From positions 1-55,987 of the IMG/VR virus record IMGVR_UViG_3300044675_001342: DNA of 55,987 nt. The stretch is one strand, 5' to 3'. The DNA comes from a virus (lineage: Duplodnaviria > Caudoviricetes). The notes beneath the pieces were generated by a model. That model was not told the DNA's origin and made no database searches. It worked only from the letters and a program-made list of their open reading frames with translations. Both the position numbers and the translations under genes were made by a program. This document shows positions 44,635 through 53,399 of this stretch, piece by piece; position 1 is the first letter of the stretch, and every line of letters starts with the position of its first letter.

Positions 44635-45395
44635 ACCGCTGGCCCAATACTCTGCCCGTTATTGGCAATTAGCACCCCTTCAAAGATGGTACCGATAGCC
44701 AGACCTGCACCACTGGACTTGAACTGGAATTGAACGTCTGTTTTTTCAGTAAAGTTCAAAGGGAACTGCGCCGCAAACTCAAAGGTGTTCAGGAACGGTG
44801 CTTGTGAAACTATGTACTTGGTGCCCGCAGGTGACAGGGTTTGCGCACGGAATGTTGCGTAGACTCCAGATGTAACTGAAGTTGAAGACCACGCGGCAAC
44901 GTGAGTACCATGCAGCGTGTAACCCGCTGGTACGGTATAGACTGACATGTTACTCTGCCCTGTATCAACCGCTATTTGCCCGTAAGTCACACTGTTGTTC
45001 TTAGCAGTGATGACACCAACTGGGTTTACGCTATTGGGCAAAACGTCCAACTGGTTTACACGGAAAAACAAAGTGGTCGTAACAACAGGCGTTGTGCCAT
45101 TAAGAGTGACCGTCTGATTAATCGGGTTGTAGTTGGCATCAAGGCCGTAAATAATAATTTCTACTGCCGTATCCGAAGCTGATGTGCTAACAATACTCAT
45201 CGCCACAGCGGAAGCTGGGTAAGTGTACGCGGCGGTGTTTTCCCACGCAGGGATAAACGCAGCGTTAGTAATAGACGCACTGTAACCAAACAAGAAAACG
45301 GACTTATGCCCTGTAATTTGCCCACGACCTACTTGTAGGTCAAACGGTTCGTATGTGCCAGTGCGTGTGACCGAAGAAACAACTGATGTTGCCAT
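44631..45395 (-). CDS. Putative virion structural protein
   Basis: YPxxA, IxGLDxNY, YTVPAG, EKTD motifs; AGGAG RBS. Confidence 0.7.
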   Translation of the reverse strand: MATSVVSSVTRTGTYEPFDLQVGRGQITGHKSVFLFGYSASITNAAFIPAWENTAAYTYPASAVAMSIVSTSASDTAVEIIIYGLDANYNPINQTVTLNGTTPVVTTTLFFRVNQLDVLPNSVNPVGVITAKNNSVTYGQIAVDTGQSNMSVYTVPAGYTLHGTHVAAWSSTSVTSGVYATFRAQTLSPAGTKYIVSQAPFLNTFEFAAQFPLNFTEKTDVQFQFKSSGAGLAIGTIFEGVLIANNGQSIGPAV

Positions 45396-45414
45396 AATCA
45401 ATCTCCTGTTATGA

Positions 45415-45430
45415 GGGGGCCGAAGCCCCC
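45415..45430 (-). other. C(UUCG)G tetraloop hairpin without U-tract
   Basis: GGGGGC-TTCG-GCCCCC between two late genes; possible mRNA stability element. Confidence 0.6.
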
Positions 45431-45438
45431 AAGATTAA

Positions 45439-45942
45439 TTACTGCTGTGTAGCGGTTGGGTTGGCGGAACCGTCAGAGTCACGAACGATGTACTCAACAG
45501 TGACAGTAATCGTACCGGCAGTAGCATCCGCAGTAGCTGCGGTAAACGTACCAAAGATGATCGCATCAGTTGTGCCAATGCTGTCATAAACGCCTGAAGT
45601 AGCCGCAGCGATGGTAGCGGGGGAAGTCTGAACCGCTGAAGTGCCGGTGTTAACCGAAGCCATATACAAGTTGGCAGTGCCGCTGCTACCGATGGTAACG
45701 CCGCAGTTTGTTGCGCCAGTCAGAGCAACATTGACTTCAAGGCCAAAACGAACAATCTTGGCTCCTGCGGGCAGGACAAACATCTGTACTGCGGTGGGGG
45801 ATGCCAAAATAGTGGCTGTGGCTGCGGTATAGGTCTGGGCAACGATAGTTGCGCCCATGTTGCGGATGGTTCCAGCAGTAGTGCCTGTGGTGTTTTTAAC
45901 CGTGCCAAGCAGCCAAGGGCCAAGGTGAGTTGCGAATCCCAT
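45439..45942 (-). CDS. Putative virion structural/decoration protein
   Basis: ATHLGP...LPAGA.I...TVEY beta-rich protein near the capsid gene. Confidence 0.7.
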   Translation of the reverse strand: MGFATHLGPWLLGTVKNTTGTTAGTIRNMGATIVAQTYTAATATILASPTAVQMFVLPAGAKIVRFGLEVNVALTGATNCGVTIGSSGTANLYMASVNTGTSAVQTSPATIAAATSGVYDSIGTTDAIIFGTFTAATADATAGTITVTVEYIVRDSDGSANPTATQQ

Positions 45943-45948
45943 GATAAT

Positions 45949-46021
45949 TCCTTACATACAAGTGAAGTGCATCAATCGGTATGTCGTCTGCCGGGACAGT
46001 TTGATGCACCGGGAACCCCGG
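45949..46021 (-). promoter_or_regulatory. Structured 5' leader (possible H-type pseudoknot next to the SD)
   Basis: 9-bp stem 46001-09/45967-75; loop ACAUAC pairs with GUAUGU abutting the SD AAGGA. Confidence 0.5.
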
Positions 46022-46030
46022 AGTGGCTCC

Positions 46031-46059
46031 AATATATCACGGTTTTGCAGGTGGTGCAA
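46031..46059 (-). promoter_or_regulatory. Sigma70-type promoter
   Basis: TTGCAC, 17 nt, TATATT with extended TGn; same -35 as the terS promoter. Confidence 0.6.
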
Positions 46060-46066
46060 AAATATT

Positions 46067-46153
46067 TGGTGGAAGTGGAAAGATTCGAACTCTCTCACCC
46101 TAACGAGAACGGGGTTACAGCCCGTTGCGCCTCTCCAACTGCGCCGCACTTCC
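46067..46153 (-). tRNA. trnY: tRNA-Tyr(GUA)
   Basis: Cloverleaf: GGAAGTG/CACTTCC acceptor, ACGGG-CTGTAAC-CCCGT anticodon arm, long variable arm, TTCGAAT loop, encoded CCA. Confidence 0.93.
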
Positions 46154-46173
46154 GTGCGGTCAATATCGTTGAT

Positions 46174-46251
46174 TGGTCTGTGCGGCAGGATTTGAACCTG
46201 CGACCCCTCGGTTCCAAACCGAGAACTCTGACCAGACTGAGCTACGCACAG
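46174..46251 (-). tRNA. trnP: tRNA-Pro(UGG)
   Basis: CTGTGCG/CGCACAG acceptor (C1-G72, A73), CTCGG-TTTGGAA-CCGAG anticodon arm, TTCAAAT loop, encoded CCA. Confidence 0.95.
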
Positions 46252-46403
46252 TGATCTTGGGTCGCGGGAGGGATGGGGTTTTCATGATGGGCGGAGTATA
46301 CAGGTTGTTGGTGTGGGGTAGGTTCTCGTGGGTTGACCTCTTCCCCGAACGGCGCAGACATAGCCCTGCACCCGGCGTGTACCTTCGTCTTTCGTTCTGT
46401 ACA

Positions 46404-46491
46404 CCAACACGCATGGGGACTGGTTTGTCAGACTTTGTGTCTGCTGGTCACCGGCAGCTTTCCCGATAAGACCAACCCCCATGCGTGTTGG
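46404..46491. ncRNA. Long hairpin, candidate ncRNA
   Basis: Perfect 15-bp inverted repeat CCAACACGCATGGGG / CCCCATGCGTGTTGG with further inner stems. Confidence 0.45.
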
Positions 46492-46587
46492 CTCAAGGTC
46501 GCCCTCCCCCCGATACTTTGTCCCGAATTTCACGGGCTTGGCCTACTTCACCAGTTCAAGACCGATTACAGACCTCTGACTCCGCAA

Positions 46588-47172
46588 TCATACCAGTTTG
46601 TTGGACTTTTTTAGGTTTTCTTCTTGGGTGATGACCTCCATGTTCCAAGGTACATGAAGGCCGCAGACACCCTCTCCTTGTAGTGGGATGATGTGGTCTA
46701 CCGCATGGGGTATTTTGGTTGCGCGACTCAAGGCAATTGCCATCCGGTAGTGAAACCGAATCTCCAACTTTTGCTCTGTTGTCAACCACTTAGGCGTAGC
46801 GTCCCGAAACCGACGCCGCCGCACGTTCACCAGTTCTTTGTACAAATCCGGGTTTGCCGTTTTATGATTTTTACGATGAAAATGTTTCTCCTTAGTAGGC
46901 CTAGCTTGCGCACGCGCCTTGACTGCTTCTGTGTTTCTGGCGTAGTAATCTTGCTTGGCTTTGACGCCTGCGGATGATTTGTTGTAGCTAGCGTAGTAGT
47001 CTGCCCGCTTTGCCAACGCTTCAGTCCATTCGACCTTTAAGCACTCTACGCAGGCCCCCTTGGTTTTGCGGGGGGCTACATGCCCATGTTTGCAGGGCTC
47101 TCCCGTAAAATAATACTTGGCTCCCTGTGCTTTGGCTTCAGCACGAGTCTTAGGTAGGTTTGTGGTGTCCAT
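46588..47172 (-). CDS. HNH endonuclease (homing type)
   Basis: CKHGH...CVEC N-terminus; VDHIIPL..VCGLHVPWN...EN..KSNK. Confidence 0.88.
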   Translation of the reverse strand: MDTTNLPKTRAEAKAQGAKYYFTGEPCKHGHVAPRKTKGACVECLKVEWTEALAKRADYYASYNKSSAGVKAKQDYYARNTEAVKARAQARPTKEKHFHRKNHKTANPDLYKELVNVRRRRFRDATPKWLTTEQKLEIRFHYRMAIALSRATKIPHAVDHIIPLQGEGVCGLHVPWNMEVITQEENLKKSNKLV

Positions 47173-47209
47173 GTTAGCCCCTGTGTTACGATACAGGTAT
47201 TGTACACTC

Positions 47210-47239
47210 AAAAGAAAGGGAGCCGAAGCCCCCTTTCTT
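47210..47239 (-). terminator. Rho-independent terminator after the major capsid gene
   Basis: AAGAAAGGGGGC-TTCG-GCTCCCTTTCTTTT. Confidence 0.8.
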
Positions 47240-47271
47240 AAAACCCGTTTTTAGTGGGTTATTTGGTCGTT

Positions 47272-48189
47272 TTAAGACGAACCGGGCGAACCGAACATGC
47301 CTAGCGGATCACTCCAGCCAAACGAATAACGCTCGCGAGCTTTGTATCGCACGTTACCGGTGTCGAAGTCACCATCCATTGAGTTAGTCAGCGCAGTACG
47401 CTCGAAGTGCTTCATGCCGTTAGGAACGTCGGTGGTCAAATACCAGCCGTTCGTATCGGTAAAGAAGTTGTTAATGGCATAACCTTCAGGGATCGAACCA
47501 TTGTTCTTCAGTGCGTTGATATCGTTGTCGGTAGTGCCAACACGCAGGCTGGTCTCCAACAGACGGGTAGCAACGAATTGCAGAGCAGGCGGAATAAGCA
47601 ACTTGCGTGGCTTAGCCGCAATCAGCAGGCCGCGCTCATCAGTCCAAGCTGCGATCTGAATAACTGCGTTTTCCAACGAAGTCTCATTCAGGTCAGCATT
47701 GGTAGATGGACGGTTGCTGTTGGTTCCACCAGAGACCAAGGGGTGCGCGGTAGAGAACAAAGGCACGCCATCGCCACCGTAGTACACGGAAGAGTTGGTG
47801 AAGCCGTTGTTGATAACCGATGCAGCCTTAACTTGCTTGGTGTAAGCCATAGCACGGGCCAAAGCCTTGGTGTAACGAGCCGACAGGGAGTCGTACAAGT
47901 TATCTTCCACAGCCTCTTCCGTGATGGAGAAGCCCAAGGCAATGGTTTCGTGGCTGTACCGAGCGGTGAACGCTTCCTGCGCATTGTCATAAGCAATAGC
48001 AGAGCCCTCGTTCTTCACTGGTGCAGCACTGAAGCCGGACAGCTTGGTTTCTTCTTCAAAGCTACGCTCCGATTTCTCGGTTTCGTAGATTTCCTTGTGT
48101 TGCTCACCGTAGCGTGCGTACTCCAAACCGAACAATGCGTTCAATCCGGGTAGCAACTCTTTAAGCAGTTGTGCGCGTGAAATAGCCAT
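47272..48189 (-). CDS. Major capsid protein
   Basis: MAISRAQLLKELLPGLNALFG family; 305 aa; strong RBS; followed by a terminator. Confidence 0.9.
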   Translation of the reverse strand: MAISRAQLLKELLPGLNALFGLEYARYGEQHKEIYETEKSERSFEEETKLSGFSAAPVKNEGSAIAYDNAQEAFTARYSHETIALGFSITEEAVEDNLYDSLSARYTKALARAMAYTKQVKAASVINNGFTNSSVYYGGDGVPLFSTAHPLVSGGTNSNRPSTNADLNETSLENAVIQIAAWTDERGLLIAAKPRKLLIPPALQFVATRLLETSLRVGTTDNDINALKNNGSIPEGYAINNFFTDTNGWYLTTDVPNGMKHFERTALTNSMDGDFDTGNVRYKARERYSFGWSDPLGMFGSPGSS

Positions 48190-48199
48190 GATTTACTCC

Positions 48200-48826
48200 T
48201 TACAGGCCAACTGCGTTGGTGTGGCTGTGATAGCCGGGGTTGAGTTTCACAAGGATGTCTGTGAAGGCATCGCCTACAACAGAGAAACCTTGCATGTTGA
48301 CAAAACCAACAACGCGGAATGCGGCGGTGGTAGTGACAGCGCTTGAGCCTGCTACAACAGATGCGGTGGAGTTGCCAGTAGAAGTACTACCGGTTGCCAC
48401 TGCGCCAGTCGAGAAGAACACGTTTGCGCCCAAAGCAGCTTGCGTGACAGAGCCAGCAGACTGAACTTGGAACACAACGCCGGGATCGCTTACCACGTAG
48501 GCATTAATCACGCCAGTCGTACCCGTGGGGTAATACTGAGCATAAATCACTTGGCCTTGTGCGTTGATATACGAACAGCCAACAAACACACCAACGATAC
48601 CGGTATTAGCCGTACCTGTGGGGAGTCCGTTAGTCGTCGCGTCAGCGCCGGTTGCGGTTGCTACTGCCAGATAGCCGTTTGCATTTACATACACGGGCGA
48701 ACCGTTGTAAATACTCGAAGCTGTACCAGCGGGGTCGATGAGATAGGAGGTGGTTGCACCTGCATAAGGTGTACCACCCAACTCATTTACGGCTCGTAGG
48801 CCGTAGGGGGATGCTACTGCTGCCAT
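48200..48826 (-). CDS. Putative capsid decoration/cement protein
   Basis: PYGLR, GVFVGC, DP.V.FQVQ; directly upstream of the MCP. Confidence 0.7.
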   Translation of the reverse strand: MAAVASPYGLRAVNELGGTPYAGATTSYLIDPAGTASSIYNGSPVYVNANGYLAVATATGADATTNGLPTGTANTGIVGVFVGCSYINAQGQVIYAQYYPTGTTGVINAYVVSDPGVVFQVQSAGSVTQAALGANVFFSTGAVATGSTSTGNSTASVVAGSSAVTTTAAFRVVGFVNMQGFSVVGDAFTDILVKLNPGYHSHTNAVGL

Positions 48827-48840
48827 TTAAGGACTCCTAA

Positions 48841-49302
48841 TTACTTAACACCATTTCCAAATCCACCGCGAGTTACTGAAGACTTGCGGTCTGCAAATAA
48901 CGGCATGCGGGGGTCATTTTGTCGCAAAAAGCTATTGTCCACCGAGTCCATCTGGTTTTGAGCTTCACCGTTGTAATACTCAGCCATAGCTTCTGCCTTC
49001 TCGGTAAGAATCTTGCAAAGCATGAGTCCACCAATTTCAACATTACCTGTCTTTTCATTACCAACGATCATAAGCTCTGGATGATCCTCTGCCTTTACCG
49101 GGACATACCCATCACGCAGTTTGCGTGACACGTTAGGCCGCATTACTTCTGAGTTGCCGTGTACAGCAGTCGCTATCCAGCGATATGTGTATCCGGGTTC
49201 AGGAGTAGGGTCGGGCAAAGAACTCGACGGTTTATAAACATAGCGAACAGATTTATCGCGTGAGGTTAAATCACGATTTACACGGTTTTGCACTTCAGCC
49301 AT
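48841..49302 (-). CDS. Conserved head-module protein
   Basis: LPxP, YRWI, GYxPV, GGLMLCK motifs; between scaffold and decoration genes. Confidence 0.75.
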   Translation of the reverse strand: MAEVQNRVNRDLTSRDKSVRYVYKPSSSLPDPTPEPGYTYRWIATAVHGNSEVMRPNVSRKLRDGYVPVKAEDHPELMIVGNEKTGNVEIGGLMLCKILTEKAEAMAEYYNGEAQNQMDSVDNSFLRQNDPRMPLFADRKSSVTRGGFGNGVK

Positions 49303-50242
49303 TTTGATTCTCCAATCGAGCTACTTGAACAGCGTATTGCTGTGGGGTTAAACCGAATTTCTTTGCTAACGCCACTTGCGTGGTAGTCAGCCGAACTTTA
49401 CCTCCGCTCGTAGAACGAGACGCAGAAGCAACCACGGTAGTAGGCCGTTTGGAAACCTCACCGGACGTAGGCCTATCCTTGGCTCCACCGAATAATTCGG
49501 GGAACGAAGACTTCATGCGAGAATCAATTTTCTCGAAATAATCATCAGAGCGAGGATCAACCCCGTTTTGTACTAGCTTTTTGTGCAGCCCTAGTGCGTA
49601 GCTGGTGTATTCCTCAAAACCTTCCGATCCGTACCACTGGTTTCTTGCCTGCCAGCGCAGTGATTTTTCATCCGGTACAGGGGGTCTTGTTTGGACTTGG
49701 GGCGTTTGTACCTCAAATTCTTCCTGCTGTAAAGGGGGTGGACGAAAATTTTTCGTCTGTTCCATCCGAATTTTGGCATCCATCACCGCTTCTTGGGCCT
49801 CAAGGATGGCGTCGTTATCGAACGCTTCCTGTGCTGCCTTTAGATTGCGACGGGCCATTTCAAGTGCGGTCTCCGCCTTTTGCTGTTCACCAGCAATGAC
49901 GGCTTCGTGCCCTTTGTATACGTTGTTTTTGAGGTTTTTGTTCTCGGCCAGCAACTGTTGTGTAAAACGCTCAAGCTCTTGCTTTTCCCGCAAAACGGCT
50001 TCCTTGTTCCGGCGCTCGTCGTGACGGGCGTGGGTAAGTTCCTTGATGCGGTTTTTTACTTTGTCGGAGTACGACTCAATTTCGTCGTCGGTGGGGTCAG
50101 CCACTTCCCGATCCAAAGGCTTGCGGCCTCGGTCACGTTCAGGGGTGTCGTCCTCGATTTCAACTTCAAGATCAACATCGCCTTCAATTTCAATGTCGAT
50201 TTTCTTTTCGTCCAGTTCGTCTGGAAATTTAAATGCGTCCAT
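49295..50242 (-). CDS. Putative scaffolding protein
   Basis: Acidic N-terminus, coiled coil, C-terminal LTxxQVALAKKFGL...YA. Confidence 0.75.
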   Translation of the reverse strand: MDAFKFPDELDEKKIDIEIEGDVDLEVEIEDDTPERDRGRKPLDREVADPTDDEIESYSDKVKNRIKELTHARHDERRNKEAVLREKQELERFTQQLLAENKNLKNNVYKGHEAVIAGEQQKAETALEMARRNLKAAQEAFDNDAILEAQEAVMDAKIRMEQTKNFRPPPLQQEEFEVQTPQVQTRPPVPDEKSLRWQARNQWYGSEGFEEYTSYALGLHKKLVQNGVDPRSDDYFEKIDSRMKSSFPELFGGAKDRPTSGEVSKRPTTVVASASRSTSGGKVRLTTTQVALAKKFGLTPQQYAVQVARLENQNG

Positions 50243-50252
50243 ATATACTCCT

Positions 50253-50687
50253 TTAAGCGCGGGTTAAACCGCGAGGGTCTTGCACAACAGCATCAACTTG
50301 GTCGTCGTTGATGAGACGGAACTCTTTTCCAAAAATCTTAAAGCGTGTACCTGAATAGGTACGTACCAGCACGAAGTCACCTTCTTTGCACCACGCTCCG
50401 GTTGGGAACTTGGCTTTATCGGTGTATGCATCGGGGCCTGCACGTATCACAAATAGCACCGTAGTGGCGTGTTCTTCTTGGCGCAAACTTGCTGTATCTC
50501 GGACGAGATCAAGCGATGTCCCTGCGATTTTCTGATCGACTTCAGGCACTACGCACAGTAGCTTCCAACCCGTTGGGATAGGTAGCGCTCCAGCTTTTGT
50601 TTCTTCACTAGCATCCGCATCCGGTGTTTCCATCGGCTGGATGTGGTTGGGCAAACTAATGCCCGGTGGCAGGATGATTTCACTCAT
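50253..50687 (-). CDS. groES: GroES-like co-chaperonin
   Basis: PTGWKLL, GPDAY, KEGDFVL..YSGT, RLINDDQV: GroES fold pattern. Confidence 0.8.
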   Translation of the reverse strand: MSEIILPPGISLPNHIQPMETPDADASEETKAGALPIPTGWKLLCVVPEVDQKIAGTSLDLVRDTASLRQEEHATTVLFVIRAGPDAYTDKAKFPTGAWCKEGDFVLVRTYSGTRFKIFGKEFRLINDDQVDAVVQDPRGLTRA

Positions 50688-50874
50688 TGGATTTTTCAAC
50701 TTTCTCAAGCAGGTCAAGTAGATGGCGCTCTGCAAGTGCTAGACCTGAGATAGTCCCGCAGAGTTTTTGGTAATCTTCAAAGTTGCGACACACACCCGCA
50801 GCCAAGTCATCGGCGTAGTTGTTCATGTCGGTGCGTATTTTTTCGCGCAATACGCGTGCGAAGTCTTGGATCAT
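50680..50874 (-). CDS. Hypothetical protein
   Basis: 64 aa; Y..L.G.I.GL motif common after the portal in such phages. Confidence 0.75.
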   Translation of the reverse strand: MIQDFARVLREKIRTDMNNYADDLAAGVCRNFEDYQKLCGTISGLALAERHLLDLLEKVEKSNE

Positions 50875-53390
50875 TTAGTTGGTTTCTCCGATGTTTTGGC
50901 AATCTGTGCTAAGAACTGCTGTTGCTGGTTGTGAGCTTGGTCTCTGCTCTTGGCAACGTCGATGCCCATACGAACACCGTCTCGTTGTTGTTGCGCGGCT
51001 AACTGGGCCTCGTTGTTTTTGGTTTGCATTCCAACTTTCATTGCTTCTAACTGCAAGTTGCCCGAGACTTTTTTCTCTTCCAACTTGAGCTTGTCCGCGT
51101 TGAGCGCTGCGTCCGCAGCTATCTTGGCCGCTTTGAGCTTGAGGTCTTCCTGCTTTATCTGGTTGACCCCGGCCTTGATTTGCAACTCTTGCTGCTGCAT
51201 CTGAATCACCGGGTCTTGTGCCTGCTGCTGGGCTTGCGCCTGCGCGGCTTGTGCTTGGTTCTGCTGCATAACTTGCTGCGCTGCTTGAGCCAGCATGCCA
51301 GACAAGGCCACTTCGATTTGCGGAGGGAGCTTCTCGTCTTCGGGAGGCATAGGCATACCCAACTGCTGCTCGATTTGCTGGCGCATTTTGTACCCAACGT
51401 GCTCAGCGATGTGCGCAGTGATGGCCCCCATGATCTTGGGAGCCTGCGGATTTTGGCCAATCATTTGCTGAATCAGCGGGTCTTGCAGCAGCATCATGTG
51501 GACTTGCATGTGCGCGTCATGGTTCTGGTACATGAACGCTTTCACAGGCTTGCCATTAAGCGTTGCTTGGTTCTCCGACACAGGATCGGTGGGCTTCATG
51601 TCCTCTTCGATTGGCACCAACTTTTCAGCGTTTTTGATGCCCAAAACATCCAACATCCCACGGTGCAACTGGGGCAAGTCGTAGATGTCGGGGGCCATCT
51701 GGGCCATCTGAATGACCGCTTGGTATTGGATGACGCGTTGGCTCAGGGTGGCTGCGTTGGGGTCAGAGACGGGGATGATGTCCACCAAGTCGTAGTCACC
51801 GCGCTTTGCTTTCTTGTTGCCGTACTCAGGGTTGTATGTGTAGTCCGGGTCGGTGTAATCGCGGATGATTATTTTGAGCAGCTTTAACTCTTGCTTGAGG
51901 GCGTAGTGGACGCGGGCCTGTACCGCCGACATCACTTTAAGCTGGCGCTCCAGCAGCGCTAGTGTCGTGCCCACCGGGGCATTGGCCGACATGTCAGACA
52001 CCTTCATATCCGCCGTGGACGCAAACCTGCGGCCCTCATCAACGATCTGGCCCAGCAACGCCATCAGAACTTGGCTTGGCTCCTTGTATGGCAGGGGTAG
52101 GATACTGTCGCGGATGTTGCCGCTTGCCACATCGGCATCACGCCACTCGCCCGGAGCAATCGGAGTGTCATCACCCTTGATGCGCAGGCCACGGGATTTC
52201 AAACCACCGGGCAAGTTGGACAACGTACCCGCGTCCACAAGCTGGCGCATGAGGGAGGTGGCCGACTTAGCATAACCACCAATCAGGTGAAATAGGCCAA
52301 AGCCGTAGGCCCCAAAGCCGGGGATGTACTGGTAGTGAACAAAGTGCTGGCGCTTGAGCCGGTACTCGTCGTCTTCCAACCAGTTACGGCGGATGGACAG
52401 CACATCGTTGGTTCCTTTTATTAGGGTTACTACGTAGGGAAGCATGATTCCCGTAGGCTCGTCCTCGTCGTCCTTGTCCTCGTACCCTTCCAAATCCAAG
52501 TCCACATGGCACTCGTACAGGGTGTACCGGTCGTCGTTCAAATCGTTAAACCCGGTTTCCTTGTCCTTGGCTTTTTGAATGTCCGTGCGATCTTTGGGCG
52601 CGTCGGGCAACTCGATGTCCAGATAAAACCCAGCCTGCTGGAGCTTGATGATTTCGTTCTTGGTCTTGCGCATGACATGCGTGATGCGGTGGCAAGTATC
52701 CAAGTCGGTCGTACCGTAGGGCAGGAGGATGTCCTCGGCTGGAATAAACATCGACACCTGACGGCCAAGGCTTGGGTCGTAGTACACTTTTTTGAACGCC
52801 GAACCAGTGGCCGGAAGGCTCCACAGCATGCGCTCATGCTCGGGCCGGAACTCCGCCATCGTTTCAGTTAATTCAAAGTTCATGTCCTCCTGCACCCGAG
52901 CAGCGGCTTCTTTTACCTGTGGAGTGTCCAGTCCGATGATCTTGGTTTTGACCGGCCCAGCGGCAGGAAACGTTTCAGTAATCGTTTCACTTTGGAACCT
53001 TACAACGGCCTCGGTAATCATCGGATGGAACACACCGCAAGCACCTTGCCACGGCTCCGTGCGCTCCTCAATCTGAAGGCCCAGCAATTTAAGCCCGTCC
53101 ACGTAGGCTTTCTCCCACTCCTTGCGTGAGGACTTGTCGTTGCCGATGTCCGAGTCCAAATCCCCCGCCATGCTCTGCATGTCGCCCTCGTTCATATACT
53201 CGGCCAAGTTGTCGCTAAAGCCTTCCTCGCCTTCGTCTTCACCGGGCTTTAGGCTAATTTCCAAGCCATCCATACCAATGTTGACTTCCTCCGGGTCAAT
53301 AATCTCAATCTCCAGCGGTGACTCATCTTCTGCAAGCGCGTCAATCCCCATTGGTTGCTGGTATAGGGCTTTGTCTACATTGGTGGCCAT
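50871..53390 (-). CDS. Portal protein
   Basis: 839 aa after terL; GSAFKKVYYD, GFGAYGFG, LVDAGTLSN; Q-rich C-terminal barrel. Confidence 0.88.
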   Translation of the reverse strand: MATNVDKALYQQPMGIDALAEDESPLEIEIIDPEEVNIGMDGLEISLKPGEDEGEEGFSDNLAEYMNEGDMQSMAGDLDSDIGNDKSSRKEWEKAYVDGLKLLGLQIEERTEPWQGACGVFHPMITEAVVRFQSETITETFPAAGPVKTKIIGLDTPQVKEAAARVQEDMNFELTETMAEFRPEHERMLWSLPATGSAFKKVYYDPSLGRQVSMFIPAEDILLPYGTTDLDTCHRITHVMRKTKNEIIKLQQAGFYLDIELPDAPKDRTDIQKAKDKETGFNDLNDDRYTLYECHVDLDLEGYEDKDDEDEPTGIMLPYVVTLIKGTNDVLSIRRNWLEDDEYRLKRQHFVHYQYIPGFGAYGFGLFHLIGGYAKSATSLMRQLVDAGTLSNLPGGLKSRGLRIKGDDTPIAPGEWRDADVASGNIRDSILPLPYKEPSQVLMALLGQIVDEGRRFASTADMKVSDMSANAPVGTTLALLERQLKVMSAVQARVHYALKQELKLLKIIIRDYTDPDYTYNPEYGNKKAKRGDYDLVDIIPVSDPNAATLSQRVIQYQAVIQMAQMAPDIYDLPQLHRGMLDVLGIKNAEKLVPIEEDMKPTDPVSENQATLNGKPVKAFMYQNHDAHMQVHMMLLQDPLIQQMIGQNPQAPKIMGAITAHIAEHVGYKMRQQIEQQLGMPMPPEDEKLPPQIEVALSGMLAQAAQQVMQQNQAQAAQAQAQQQAQDPVIQMQQQELQIKAGVNQIKQEDLKLKAAKIAADAALNADKLKLEEKKVSGNLQLEAMKVGMQTKNNEAQLAAQQQRDGVRMGIDVAKSRDQAHNQQQQFLAQIAKTSEKPTK

Positions 53391-53399
53391 GATCTGTCC

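Noticed and set aside
45415-45430. UUCG hairpin as an intrinsic terminator
   Set aside because: No U-tract follows on the coding strand; kept only as a structural hairpin.
46500-46560. CUGGUGA...GAAA on the - strand as a hammerhead ribozyme core
   Set aside because: The core deviates from CUGANGA and the required three stems could not be built.
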